Below are positions 1-15,400 of a DNA stretch of 64,000 bases, piece by piece. The stretch lies in the NCBI RefSeq assembly GCF_009914755.1, contig NC_060926.1; one strand, given 5' to 3'. Numbering within the stretch: the stretch's first letter is position 1; each line of letters opens with the position of its first letter. A model generated the notes under the pieces. That model saw only the letters and a program-made list of their open reading frames with translations, was not told the origin of the DNA and made no database searches. A program made the position numbers and the translations under genes. The stretch comes from the human T2T-CHM13v2.0 reference genome, Homo sapiens.

Positions 1-149
1 ACTAGCATTAAAAAGCTTGTGTAAGGTCGGTATAAACATTTCACAGAATAATCAAATGAGCAGTCATTCAATTATTGACAATATAAAAAATGGAAATTTA
101 CTGCAGTCTTTAAAGTATCCTGTATATGCCTCTTGCATTCTATCCATTA

Positions 150-870
150 TCCTTTTCCCTGTATTAATACTAGCCTCAGTCACTTACATGTTGAAAACAC
201 TTTTGTCCAAATTCATATTTTCCACCCTTCCTTTATTGAATTTTTAAATCAAAATAAGATGTTAATTCTTCTAAATTTGAGTTCTTATTTTTTAGAGTAT
301 ATATGTATTATAGCTTGTTAGATCATTCCTTACACTAAAAATATGAAAATACTCTTCCTAAATTTTCTTTGAAATGTTTACATATTTGCCTTTGAATGGA
401 TTTGAAATTTATTTTTAAGTATGGTGTGAGAAAGATACCTGTTTTAACTTTTTTCTTATGAATAACCAAGTGTCACAGCATTATTTACTCAATACCTTTT
501 TAGAACACCACCTTCATCATATATTGGGTTTGAATGTAGGCACATATTTATTTACGGCTTATCTGTTTTGCTCTACTTTTCTATTTTTTTCTAACCCTAT
601 ACCAACACATTGCTGTTTTAATTACTATACCTAAATATTTTGAAACAAGGTAGAGTAATACTCTCAACTTGGTTCTTCATCCTTAAGAGAGTCTTTGCTA
701 TTCTTGTTGTTTTACACTTCCATGTAAACTTTAAAATTTAAAAAAATGAAGACTGGCTAAAGATTTGAGTGGAATTTGGGGAAGTATACAAATTATCTTC
801 TGGAAAATTTACCTTTGTTATAATATAGTATTGGGGGATGTTAATATTAAATGATGTGTTTATATTTATT
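150..870 (-). mobile_element. Ancient L1 (L1M-type) ORF2 3' region remnant
   Basis: Degenerate antisense L1 phrases (atttttaagtatggtgtgag, ccaacacattgctgttttaattactat, ttggttcttc...gctattcttg, ttccatgtaaactttaaaat). Boundaries approximate. Confidence 0.6.
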
Positions 871-1029
871 CAAATATCATTGACCCCTAAGACAAATAGC
901 CACCCTTAAACAATAAAAATGAATAAATAAATATCTTGTTACTCAGAGTTGTCATGTCTATGAATTATTTCCTCACAAATATTTTTAGTAAAAAGAGACA
1001 CTATTACTTTTTAGAAGAGGCACTATATA

Positions 1030-1200
1030 TTACATACAGTGTTGTCATCTAATCCTCACAATAACTCTGAAAATATGTATTATTGAGTACCTGTTACAGA
1101 GGAAACATTTGAATGTCAATACAGTAAATAATATTCTCAGAGTCAGTAAATGAATAAGTGATGTGGTGTCATAATTGAGTATGGAATACATACTAAAGGC
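1030..1200 (-). mobile_element. MIR SINE remnant
   Basis: tctaatcctcacaataactctg...ttacagaggaaac resembles the reverse complement of the MIR core. Confidence 0.55.
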
Positions 1201-3570
1201 CATTCTGATCCCATATCTAAATCAGAAGTTCTTTACAGCTTTCAGATTAACAGAATCAGGTACCTATTAATTGTTAACAATAGTAAAAGGCCAGTCCTTA
1301 ATTTTTCCTTCAAGTGTGTTATTGTTTAGAAGTCTAAATATAACTTTTCTAGATGTATATTAATATTGTTTATTACACACTATTAATATACAGATATTGA
1401 TTCATATGTTTAATATGCTTTTCTAATTCTATGTTAATATTGATATCTAAAATTAATTAACAGAAACTGTGTATTTCAAGAAGCCAGTAACACTTTGCTA
1501 AAGTGAAATGCCTTTTGTGTAGCATACTCCCTTCTGACAGAAAGAGAAGCAGCTAAAGAAACAGTATGTTTGGGAAAATATATTTTGTGATTCTTTTCCA
1601 GTGCTTATATTTTATCAGTCCATAACAGTATACCAGGCTACAAAGAAAGGTAATTTTTTAAAACTCCGTTAGACAATGATTTTCAAATTATTTTCTTAAA
1701 ACTCATCATTGTAATATGTAGGATACTGTACATCTTTGATTCCATAGTTGATTTAGGTTTTTGCCTAAATGAATACATTAGGTAGTAGAAGAAGTTGGTA
1801 ATTATTACAGGTGAAAAATTTCTTCCCATCAAAAATGGGCTAGGGTATAGCTGGTATCATTTATCAATGTAGTGAATAACTTTGTAGATAGCTTTCACCA
1901 CAATTGTAGAAGGTGGTAGACTGCCCATCATAATGCTAAAATTCATGAAAAATATTACAAACCAACACACCAAAAATTCAAGAATTGTCACTAAGTACCT
2001 GGTGGCTATAAGACCATTTATCAGTAACCTATGGTTTTGTTCTCCCCACACATTTCAACTAATTAGATTATCCAAAAAAAGCCTTGTTTCTGAAAGAAAT
2101 GTGTTGAATATTGTTTAATATTAGAGGCAAAAAAGAACAGAGGAAAAAAATAACAGAGGTTACTTCCCTTGTTTTTGACTCGCAGCAGAGTGTCATGGCT
2201 GTACTAGAGGGCAATTAGGTAGAAAGATGATACAGTTATCAGACGAGACAAACTTTTAAGCCTCGTCTCTCTAGCATTTAATGTTCTCTGAAACCCATCT
2301 CAAATATCACAGAAAGGATAGAACCTTAATATTAGATAGAGGGAAATTTTATTAGATCTAAGTGTTTTTTAAGAAATTGTCAAGAAAGGCTTTCAAATAT
2401 ATTCTAACCTGGTCTTAGATTCCACCATGACCCCTGGTAGAAGAAGTACACTGTGAAGCACTGTTGATAGATGAGTGCTCAGTGGTGAACTACTAGAATG
2501 GGCATGCATTGCTTCCATGAATTTATAAGTAGCAATGTGGCATGTTATTCTAAAAAGTAAATAAAATTTAAAAATATCATTTAGCTTAAAGATTACATAC
2601 ATCATGATATAATATGTGTATGTGTATAAATATTATGTAAATCGTTGATGTTATGTTTTTTATATAGTGTGTTCAAAGCTCAGATAAATTTGAAGAGACC
2701 AAAGAAGATTCAAAACTTTATCCCTAACAACTGAAGATAACAACTTCTGATAATTTCATATATATCTTACAGCCTTTTTTATACCTTTCGTCAGTTATTG
2801 GTAAATCATAAGCAAATTAGAGGAGAGTTCTTTGAACAAATAATTTGCTGTATGTATCCTGCCACATAAATTATCCAGAGAAAAATAGTAAGCCGCTGTT
2901 TGGCAATTTTCTTAGGAATGCATTCTCCAGTGTCTAATGTCCCCATCCCTTGCATGAGTAGATTCTTCAACATAGAACTTGAGTGTCTTGTGGTTTATGA
3001 GGGCTCTATATCTGCATCCCTCATTTGAGGACAGACTCTTCCAGCCATGTTTATGTTAGATGATCTCACCAACGGGTGACCAGACTTGGAATGGGAGGAT
3101 TCTTCAAAGTTGGGCCAGAATCTCTTTCTCATTAATTTAAACACAAAAGAATCAGACAAAGAAAGGGAGAAAAATAACAGTCTCCATGACACATAATTAA
3201 GTGTTTTATCACCCACTATGTCCTGCCTTACAGTGTAGGGATCAGAAAAAGATCACCTCAAGAGAGGATTGAAGCAGATAGGTAAACAGACAAAGCAATG
3301 AGGGATGGAAGTAAGATGCCGGAGTTTATAGAATCTTTCTAATTTTGAGGTAGAGGTAACCCAGTTCTACACTTTTAATGTATAAGTTGAAATGTAAGCT
3401 CTGTTTTGTTTCATATAATCAAATTTAACTTAATATCCCTATAAATCCCATCTTCTGATGCTATCTGTATCTCTGCTGAGATTATGGTGATTCCACAAAG
3501 ACAAACTATCACTCTTGAAAAACATTTAAGTGACTAGCTAGTCTAGCGTGTCCTGTCTCTGAAAAAAAGT

Positions 3571-3594
3571 AAAAAAAAAAAAAAAAAAAAAAAA
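3571..3594 (+). repeat. Poly(A) run, A24
   Basis: Directly visible homopolymer. Confidence 0.95.
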
Positions 3595-5098
3595 TTCGTA
3601 TCTTAGTATCATAATACCAGCCTATATTTCACTTACCCTGTATCTATTTATGATGGATATCATTTATCAACTAGCCTTTTTTTTTTCTTTTATGATTTTA
3701 GTCTGATTTGTTGGAAATGTGCTCTGGTTGAATGTAACATGGGGTTCATTCTACTATTCTTCTAAGCCTTGGCTCTCTGCCCATTTCTATCTGGCTATGA
3801 TGTTTCACTTGTGTGTGTTTGTTTTTTTTTTAACTAATTGGAAAGTTATTAGTATGAGTGATAGAAGGAGGAAGCATAATCAAATCTGTCAAGGAAGTCA
3901 CATATTTATTACCTTTCAGAATATTTGATTTGGTATTTTTGTGGAATGTTGCAAATTTTTATTTTAATTGTTCACAAAATCCAATAGAAGTCAAAATACC
4001 TGTTCTTTATCAAGCCAAAATTTTACTTGAATAACTTCAGTTATTTTAAGATAGTGGGAAGAAAATGGGATCAAGAATAGAACAAATAGGACAAGTAGCT
4101 GCACCACTTGTTACCTCTTTGGCCTTAGATGGTTACTATCATTCTTGACCATCAATTCCTTGTCTATACCTTTCAAGGTTCTTGTGAGAATCTGAAGGAT
4201 CCTTAAAGTTCTGGCATATAATGGAATATATTAATCTGTGGCAATTATTCCAATAAATATTCTATATTAGTATATCAATCAAAACCGTTTGAGTTAGAGT
4301 CACTGTCTTCTAGCAAAAATTTTCTTTATCTTCTTTTATATATGAAAAGTGGATCCAAATAACAGTTGTTCCCCTACAATGTTCTTTTGAGCCATTTCAG
4401 TACCCATCATATCTATGTTATTACCATGCTAGAAGCTAAGTAGTGAGGACTTCTTCTCTAGACATTTGAGAATTTTATAAAACTGTACAATTTTAAAAGA
4501 TTTTTATAACATCATAAACGAACTTGACACCTTAAAAAGCTTTAAGATATTTTTTAGTTTACCTTTCCCATCTCTGGTAACTTTTGCAAAAGTGTTTAGA
4601 ATATGAATTGAACAATTATAAATGATACAAAAGTTTAAAACTGTCAGATTTTATTCCGAAAGTAATGTTGGGAAGTAATTTAATAAATTAATCAAGTTAA
4701 CAATATTATGTGCTGTTGCCTACATACACTGTACTAACCAAGATAAGTAAGGCTACAGAAATGAAAGCTATTACAATTGAGTTAATTGCCAAAGATAGGT
4801 CATCTATACTCTATGTAAAAGGTGTGGCAATGGTAAGTTTTCCAGAAATTCCCACAGTGATCCTGGGGTGCTGCTTGTTAGAGAAGACTGGCCATAGAGT
4901 CAGGGAACATTGATAAAAAATTTGGTTTGGAGAAAGTTATGAGCATTATGCTAGTACATGCACAACAGTGACATAATTTAAGGGTTGTGGATGGGAATGG
5001 ACAAAGTATAAATGCAAGATTCTATGAAATGAAATTGAGGTATTGGACCAAACTTGTAGACTAGAATGTATGGGTTATCGTGAAATGGCAAAAACCTT

Positions 5099-5657
<559 letters not shown>

Positions 5658-8600
5658 TTACGAATGAAGATAGGTTAATTTATGTGTAAGTATGCATATG
5701 GGGGGATAATAAAGCAATTTCTATATATCACAATACAGTCTCCGTATATGTCAAGAACTTGCTGATTAATACTTGCATTATGGGATGATATTAAATGAAT
5801 GTGTCACTGATTGAAAACAAGAGCTGTTGTTGGGGGCCCAGGTACTCACTTTTAAGAGTTTACTCACTTTTTCTTTTCTAAATTATGAAATGTAAGCCAC
5901 AGGCAGTTTGGACTATCAAGATATGAGCAGCTGAAGATGATGACAGGAAAAAGAAATGAGAGAAAAAGCACTCTACGAAGGTCAGCTTGCTGTCTCATTT
6001 GCAGCAAAGTTTTAAAAGAAAAATATTAGAGCTTCGTTTATTAAAAAGGAAAACTCTTCTAAGAACAACTGAACTAGAGCAAGTAAAATTTTTCTTCAAA
6101 AAATATATTACCAACATTGACAGGAGATTCAACATATTTAAAAGAAGGGAGATAGAAAAATTTGCTGGAGGCAAATGTAAAGCAATAATGAGATGTTCTT
6201 GCATAATGCAATAAAAAACCCTTTTATAGAAACTTAGAAATTACCATCTTTGAAATAATACAGAGATTTCTCTAAAACTTGACAGCACTGTCATTATCTC
6301 AGAAAAATATATAGAAACTTCTTTAAGAATAATGATGTTTAAAAACCATGAAAGAGAGACTTTTGAAACTTGGACACTATTGTGTAGTGATTTGTAGACT
6401 ATTAACAATAAACTGAGTGACATTTTTATCTGTCCAATCGTGTCATCAGAAGCTAAGATGTCTGAACTAGCAAACCTCCAGTGTTATTGGGAAACGTAAC
6501 TGACTGTGATATGAAGTGGATGACTTTTTGTGTGTGTGAAACTTGTAAACTATTTCCCTCTGTTTATAACTGCTGATTCTTTCTTCGTGCCACCTCCTTA
6601 CCTTTCTCCTTCCTTTAAACAGCCTTTGAGTTCCTCCAATTTTGTTATTAACAATAACAGACAAGTGAGTGTTCATATATAATCTCAGAATCACTTAGAG
6701 GGAATATATAAAAGGTAAAAATGGGGCAGTAGATGTAAAGATTTTCTCTTTGCAATATTTCAAAACTGTCACCTTTTAGTTGTTTTAAGACTGATGGTTT
6801 TTTCACATAGTTAAAACAGAAAAGCAAAACCACCTAATCATTCACTTAAAAATTTAGGATTTTTGTCCTCCTTCACTAGCTCACATTTATGCTTAGGATA
6901 AATTTAAAGACAATCAATTGAATGTTGAAGAAAAATTTTAAAAATGCAAATTAACCAGGATTCCTGTGTACTAGAATGTTTTGAAGCCATAGTTCTCAAC
7001 CAAAAAGGAAGCATTAAATTCATCTGCTGAGATTTTTCAGACTACACATCGTCCCCTTTATTTACTCTGCTTTAGTGCTAAGCTCCTTTTTTGTATTATT
7101 TGTTAATGTTTTTGAGAGGGGAAAAAATGGAAGTTTTGGATTATCAATATATATATTTAATATTTTCTTAAAAATATAAGTTGACAGCAGAATAGTTATA
7201 TTGTAGATGTTGGCTCGGGGCATAATATAACATACATGAAAATAAGACCAAATATAATTGAGGTGTACTTTTGCAATAGTAGAGTGGGCATTTCTAGATC
7301 AAGTTGTAGTAGAAAAAAAAAAAGGTAGAAAAGTTCACTAAAAATAGTAAGTTAAAATAAATCAATCTTTTGTACAGAGCAAAAAGGCAAAGTACTAGGC
7401 CTAGTAGCCTGGTAGTTGTCCAATTAATATGTGGGGTAGTTTTCAGCCTAAAAATAATATGATAGAGTTGAGGAAATAATGTGTTGAATCACAAGACAAT
7501 AACCAATTATGCTAAAATATGCAGTATGGATTGATCTAATATCTAAGTGATTTTTAATCATTGTACATATGTAAGTTGTATGTCATTCTCTCAGTTTTTG
7601 GAAACTTTATATGGAGGAAGCTAATGAACAATTAAGAATTACCTCAGAAGAGAAAAGAGGCAAATTTATGTCTTGGAAAAGGAGCTGATATTGAAAGATG
7701 AGTTCAAATATTGTGGCTGAACAAGAAGATATAAAGATTTCTAAATTTCAAATTTCAACTATTCTTATCCAAAACGGTTAGGATTATTTGTTTTTAAAGT
7801 GGATTAATTATATTATTAATGTGGATTTATAGTATTCACAGAAATCTGGATTGTTTCTCATAATTTGCATCTATCCATACATTAAAATCTTAAATTTTAT
7901 TTTAATAGAGATCGGACATATAGCAATGTGGTTTTAGTACAGTGCAAACGTCTTTTATTTCAAAATGAGAGATTTCGAACGAGTCACATAAAGACTCTTA
8001 GCAGCATCAAGTTATTTGAATAAAAATTCAGAGAGACAAGAGCATGTGGCAAGTTTAGATGTGACAAATGCTAAGAGTGACTGAAGAGGTATCATATAAA
8101 TACTTCTTAGAAAGAATGTTACAATCAAACCTTACTTCTCTCAAAGACATTGACCAAAATTAGGAAGATAAGAAATTCCATCTTTAGTGACAGATGTTGT
8201 TAAGTTTGACAAGAATATCTAAAAAGGGAAAATAAGAATGATGAATATGTGACTACCCTGTTTCCTTCTCACTAGCATGTTTCTATCTGTAACACAGTGA
8301 AAAACTAATAATATATAACCACTAGAACTAGAAAGTCCTTGAAACAAAAACTGTGTAAATTTGGCAGTAGGAAAATGAGTACTAGCATATATTTAGAAGG
8401 CATAACCATGGTAACTTGACCTTAGGATTGTTCTATTTTCCATTTCCCTTGTTGCCAAGTCTGTGATCAGCATTGAATATTGCTGGATTTACCCAGATAT
8501 CTTCCTATCCTGAGAAAAATCATAGAACAACTTCTACAGTGGGTCAAGAAGAAAAAAACCAACATCAGAACTTTTATTTGCCCAATAAAAATAAGATATT

Positions 8601-9434
8601 CAAAACTGTTTCTACTGTTTGAAGGGCAGTAACAGGTATAAAATGATCAGATTCCATACACTATACTTTATTATAACTGCAAACTATTGAATAAAACATA
8701 TTCTATATCTGATGCCAGAAAACTAAAGTCACCCAAAAGAAAAAATGAAGGAAAAAAATTCATTATTAAGATTCAATTCACATATTCCATTTGCATACTC
8801 CCTGCATCTCTGAAGAAGAAAGAAATTGGTCTAGTAAGAATAACCTAGAAATTAGGAACCAAGTCATGCTGGGACATCCTTAAACTCACCCCTCAATGAT
8901 TCTACAGTTGAGTCATGATCTCTGAGTAAAGGGATGGTTAGCTTGAATCACAGACAAAAATATAGAGCTCTTAGTTTCTCTAATTGCTAATTTATCCTTT
9001 AGCCTGTGTGAGAGTTTCAAAAATAGCACAAACAACAATTCGAAGCTTAAAATATCAGTCTACATATTGTGATGCAATATTACAAATAGAAAACATATAG
9101 AGGCCCTTCTTCTCTTTCTCTTCAGCCCTCATATTAGAAATAAGATTCATAAAAATGGAGCTCTGCAGGTTCAGGTTCCTTGGTCTCTGATCCACAAACA
9201 GTGGATACAAAAGAATTCTCAGACAGAATTCTGTGACCCTTCATGGCCATCTTCCTTCAGAGAAAACATCAAGAAAATTGGCTCACAGATCGTGTTTCTG
9301 GAATATATAGAAAATATCTACAACAGCATCTTATTTGTGTGGGAAACTTTTCTTATAGAGGTTTTGCTTTTTGATATATGGAATTATATTTATTACTTGA
9401 TTCATTTCATATTAGCGTATAATCCCAGTGCTTC

Positions 9435-9830
9435 TTCATTCAACAATTATCTGTGGGACGTTTTTTAAGGTACAACGTTTCAGATGTGAAAGTTAACAAG
9501 CATGAGCCCATTCTCCTAAACTTTAGGGAGATAGAGACAATTATATTTTTTAAAAAGCAGGGAAACAAAATAATGACAGATGACAAGCATTGCTGTGCTG
9601 GTAACAAAAGGATGTTTGCTGTGATAGAGAGTAAAAGGGGGTGGAAAGCTAATTAGAATATGATGCTATTTAGGGAAAGCCTCTGGGGAGGTGATATGTA
9701 AGTTGACACCTGAAAGCTGAGAAGGGAGGAATAAGTTCAAGTATATTGAGAAAAAGCTTTCAAAAAAAGAAAATAGGAAGTACAGAGTTGCTGAGGCAGA
9801 AAACTAAAGGCCAGTGTGGATGAGTAGCTT
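9435..9830 (-). mobile_element. L2 LINE 3' remnant
   Basis: tcattcaacaa (L2 3' end, antisense) followed by agggaaagcctctggggaggtgatat...gttgacacctgaa, typical of L2. Confidence 0.7.
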
Positions 9831-9926
9831 CTGAAGCCATATGCTGAAATCAAAATTTAGATAATCTTTTGTCTTCAGATTATTTTCCTGCTGTTTATGC
9901 TTGCCCACAAAGATCTATGGAGATTT

Positions 9927-9973
<47 letters not shown>
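9927..9973 (+). repeat. (GATA)11 tetranucleotide microsatellite
   Basis: Perfect GATA x11 followed by GAT. Confidence 0.97.
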
Positions 9974-11934
9974 TTTTATTCCCGATCATTCATCTCTATT
10001 ATCCATACCTGAAAATCATAAATTTCATTTTGTTTCAATAGACATCTGACATGACTCTCTACAGCAATGTGGTCTTAAAACTTCATAAACACTGCCTAGT
10101 TCATAGTTGCATGTACTTTAACTTGCAAGGCCAAATAATGAAAATAAAAAAAAGTTGAAGAAACTATAAACAATAAAGCATAATGGATGGACATATATTT
10201 ATGTTTTTAAATCTCATTGGCTTGTAATGGACACATAAAGAGGAGGGGATGCCATGGGGAAAGTAGCAATCTTGACTGTCATCATTCTCTCTCTTTCCAG
10301 TGCTAATCAAAATAAAGACTCTGTTGCCAGACAACATTTCTCCAAAATGTCACTTATTTCAGCAGAGATTGGAGTAAGAAATACATACCACAAACATTGC
10401 CTATGACTTTTGACTTTAGAACTTCTCATCAGTGACTGATGCAAATTCAACAACCTGTCCCAAACATGCAATATAGTCATAGAGATTTAAGAGACTTAAG
10501 AGAGCCCCTGATTTTTTTTTAAAATAAACAACAAAAATAAACCAGGATATTAAACCAGGTAAAACAATTGCCAAGTTCTTTAACTCTTCCCTTGGGATTT
10601 CCAAACTTGAAACAATTCCTCCTGAAAATTCACTATCTTTCTTTTGAATGTAGTCAGTTCTTCTTTTCATGATCAGTTCCTGAGCCAAGATTATTCTGCA
10701 ATAAAAATATTTGCGATGACATATGCAACACAAAAAGACATCCTCAAACCACTCAATTTGTTCAGTTAAAAATTCAATTTTTAAGGATCAAAACAAAGGA
10801 CTAAATCTTTTCCTCTCTCAGATAACCGTCATGTCCTTTTCTACGAATCATGGCAACTCAGGAACATAATGAGGAAATAATACATATTCAAATGGTAGTC
10901 TTAAAAGGACAGTAATTATCCACATTGTATTTTTTAGAACACCCAGACTTTTTAAGGTACTGATCTAAGGATGGTTAACATTGATTCCTCTGTAGTATTA
11001 TATTCACTTGATCCCATACTGATTGCTGTTTTAGGATGAAGATTTCTTTGAAAAATATACATGGGAACACTAGAAAGTAATCAAGGCTTTCATTTCTTCT
11101 TTCTTTTGTTTTTATTTTTCAGCTTCTCTGTTAAAATCAGCCTAAATGGTAGACAGGCTGCCCTTGTTCTTGTTTCGTGCCTTATTACCACCTCTGGAAT
11201 AGTACCCGAATGTCTGTATTTGAATTGTTTCTCTCTTTCACTCTCTCTGTTCCCTGCCATGTCTCAGGAAGGCCTGGGTGGAAAACCCTTTTACTTCTAA
11301 CAGACTAGGAAGATGTTAGATAGATATGCATTAGTTCTTCGAATGTCTGATAAATTGCTGCTCATTCATTTATGTGTCATCCATCCTTCTAACGACAACG
11401 CCATTAACATTGACTGGACTATTCGACAGAACATTAGAATTTATTAATTCATTTAATCATTTTCTTAAGAAAGACTGATCTTTCAAAGTAGCTGCCTAGG
11501 TGAGCCAAGCAAACACTTTTCATTACTATAGAGAGGGCATCCTTTACAAGAAAGGAGTGAAAACTAGTTGCATGAATAAGTAAAAGTAGAATTTTTCCAA
11601 CAGCCTGAGATATTTGAGAGAAAACACAATTAGAAAAAGTAAGGCATTCCTGGAAATAACATTAAGCAGATTTCAACAATATAGTGATAGCTCTGTAATT
11701 TATCCTAACTATCTGATCACCGAGATGAGGTAAATAACTTATTGTATTGCCATTAGAGGGAAATAGAGGAGCCACAAAACCAAGCTTGGTAAGTTACAGT
11801 GTTTTGATGTGTTAAAGCCCATTGCCTTCCTCAATAAAATAAAGCATGATACCCAGGACCAGCACAGGAGAGACAATCATCATATAGAAAAGGAAAGTTG
11901 AGTCTAGCACTGCCAAACAATTACTTCCCTTTGA

Positions 11935-12110
11935 GGCTCTAGCCTCTACTGATTACTGTTTATTTGACTTTGAATAAGTTACTTTATTTTCTGTGCCTGA
12001 GTTTCTCATCTATTAAGACTTACTAATAATACTAACAAACATCATTGTTGAGAAAATACAGGGTAGAACTTAAAAAGAATGTCTGAAATATTTTAGCTAT
12101 TATTATTAAT
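11935..12110 (+). mobile_element. MIR SINE remnant
   Basis: tgactttgaataagttacttt...ctgtgcctgagtttctcatctat matches the MIR core. Confidence 0.7.
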
Positions 12111-12418
12111 GCTGCCACTACCACATGGGCCTTAAGGGTTACTCTTGCTCCTTTGGTGTGTCTTCTAAGTGATTGCTTAAATATTTTTCCCAAGCAATCT
12201 ATAGCTGAGATAAATTAGAAAGGATCACTTAAACAATGTGTTACTAAAGAGTCAGAGCAGGCACAAGAGAAATGAACACTGAGCTATAACACACAATTAG
12301 ATCATTTGGCTTAGAAAATACAGATCTCTCATCTTCAGCTTAGACTGGCCTTAAATACCTCCCCATACCCAGCTGTTGGTTATGACACCTGGTGGAAGCT
12401 TTCATAAATTCATTTCTT

Positions 12419-15400
12419 TTTGAAAATATTTTAAGTTCCAGGGTGTATGTGCAGGATATGCAGGTTTGTTACATAGATAAACGTGGGCTATGGTGGCTTA
12501 CTGCTCCCATTAACCCATCACCTAAGTATTAAGCCTAGCATGCATTGGCTATTTTTATTGTTGCTCTCCTTCCCCCTGTAGCCCCCACAGGTCCCAGTGT
12601 GTGTTGCTCCCCTCCCTGTGTCCATGTGTTCTCATGGTTCAGCTCTCACTTATGAGTGAGAACATGCAGTGTTTGGTTTTTTGTTCCTGTGTTAGTTTGC
12701 TGAGGGTAATGGCTTCCAGCTCCATCCATGTCCCTGCAAATGACATGATCTCATTCTTTTTGATGGCTGCATAGTATTCCATGGTGTATATGTACAATAT
12801 TTTCTTTATCCAGCCTATCATTTATGGGCATTTGAGTTGATTCCATTTCTTTGCTATTATGAATAGTGCTGCAATAAACATATGCATGCATGTATCTTTG
12901 CAATCGAATGATTTATATTCCTTTGGGTATATACCCAGTAATGCATTGCTGATCAAATTGTATTTCTGGTTCTAGGTCTTTGAAGAATTGTCACACTGTC
13001 TTCCACAATGGTTGAACTAATTTACATTCCCACCAACCATGTAAAATGTTCCTGTCTCTCCACAGCCTTACCTGCATCTGTTGTTACTTTTTAATAATAG
13101 CCATTCTGACCATGATGAGATAATATCCCGTTGTAGTTTGATTTGCAGTTCTCAGTGATGTTGAGCTTATTTTCATATGTTTGTTGGCTGCATAAATGTT
13201 GTCTTTTGAGAAGTGTTTGTCCTTTCCCACTTTTTAATTAGGTTTTTTGTTTTCTTTCTTGTAAATTTGTTTAAGTTCCTTTTAGATGTTGGGTATTAGA
13301 CCTTTGTCAGATGCACAGTTTGCAAATATTTTCTCCCATTTTGTAGGTTGTCTGTTTACTCTGATGATAGATTCTTTTGCTCTGCAGAAGCTCTTTAGTT
13401 TAATTAGAGTCCGTTTGTCAATTTTTGCTTTTGCTGTCATTGCTTTTGGTGTTTTTGTCATGAAATCTTTGCTCATACCTGTGTCCTAAATGGTATTGCC
13501 TAGATTTTCTTCTAGGGATTTCACAGTTGTGGATTTTACATTTAAATCTTTAATCCATATTGAGTTAACTTTTGTATAAGCTGTAAGGAAGGGGTCCAGT
13601 TTCAATTTTCTGCATATGGCTAGCTAGTTCTCCCAGCACCAATCCTTTCCCCATTGCTTGTTTTTGTCAGGTTTGTTGAAGATCAGATGGCTGTGGAAGT
13701 GTGGTCGTATTTCTGAGTTCTCTATTCTGTTCTGTTGGTCTATGTGTCTGTTTTTTGTACCAGTACCATGCTGTTTTGGTTAATGTAGCTTTATAGTATA
13801 GTTTGAATTTAGGTAGTGAAAGGCCTTCAGCAGCTTTGTTCTTTGTGCTTAGGATTGTCTTGGCTATATGGGCTCTTTTTTGGTTCCATATGAATTTTAA
13901 AATAGTTTTTTCTAATTAATTTTGTGAAGAATGTCAATGGTAATTTGATAGAAATAGCATTGAATCTATAAATTACTTTGGGCAGTATGGTCATTTTCAC
14001 AATATTGATTATTTGTATCAGTGAGCATGGGAAGTTTTTCTACTTGTTTGTGTCCTCTTTGATTTCCTCGAGCCATGGTTTATAGTTCTCTGTGAAGAGG
14101 TCCTTCACTTCCCTTGTTAGCTGTATTCCTACATATTTTATTCTCTTCATAGCAATTATGACTTGGGAGTTCATTCATGATTTGGCTCTCTGCTTGTCGG
14201 TTGTTGGTATATAGGAATGCTTGTGACTTTTGCGCATTGATTTTGTATCTTGAGATTTTACTGAAGTTGCTTATCATGAAGCTTTTGGGCTGAGAAGATG
14301 GGGTTTTCTAGATACGGGATTACGTCATCTACAAACAAAGACAATTTGACTTACTCTCTTCCTATTTGAATATGCTTTATTTCTTTCTCTTGCCTGATTG
14401 CCCTGGTCAGAACTTCCAATACTTGTTGTTGAATAGGAGTGGTGTGAGAGAGCATCCTTGTCTTGTTCTTGTTTTCAAGGGGCGTGTTTCCAGCTTTATC
14501 CCATTTAGTACGATATTGGCTGTGGGTTTGTCATAAATGGCTCTTATTATTTTGAGGCATGTTCCTTTAATTCCTAGTTTATTGAGAGTTTTTAACATGA
14601 AGGGACGTTGAATTTTATTGAAGGACTTTTCTGTGTCTATTGAGATAATCATGTTCTGTTTATGTGATGAATTACATTTATTTATTTGTGTGTATTGAAT
14701 CAGCCTTACATCTCAGGGATGAACCTGACTTGAAGGGGATGGTGGATAAGCTTTTTGATGTGCCGCTGGATTTGGTTTGCCAGTATTTAATAAAGGATTT
14801 TTGCATCAATGTTCAGCAGGGATATTTACCTCAGTTTTCTTTTTTTCTTGTATCTCTGCCAGGTTTTGGTATCAGAATGATGCTGGCTTTATAAAATGAG
14901 CTAGAGAGGAGTTCCTTCTTTTCAATTGTTGGGAATAGTTTTAGAAGAAATGGAATGAGCTCCTCTTTTTTGTTAGAATTCAGCTGTAAATCTGTCTGGT
15001 CCCTGCTTTGTTTGGTTGGTAGGCTATTTATTACTGCTTCAATTTCAGAACTCATTATTGGTTTCTTCAGGGATTCACCTTCTTCCTGGTTCAGAATTCT
15101 CAGGGTGTATGTTTCAGGAATTTATCCATTTCTTCTAGTTGTTTTTTTTTTCAGTTGTGTAGAGGTGTTTATAGTATTGTCTTATGGTTGTTTGTATTTC
15201 TGTGTGGCCAGTGGTGATATCCTGTTTATCATTTGTTACTTTGTCCATTTGATTCTTCTCTCTTCTTTATTAATCTACAGAGCAGTCTATTTTGTTAATT
15301 TTTTCAAAAAACCAGCTCCTGGATTCAATGATTTTTTTTAAGTGTTTTCTCTGTCTCTATCTCTTTCAGTTCTGCTCTGAACTTGGTTATTTCTTGTCTT

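Noticed and set aside
7393-7406. 14-bp palindrome tactaggcctagta
   Set aside because: A 7-bp half-site palindrome is expected a few times by chance in 64 kb.
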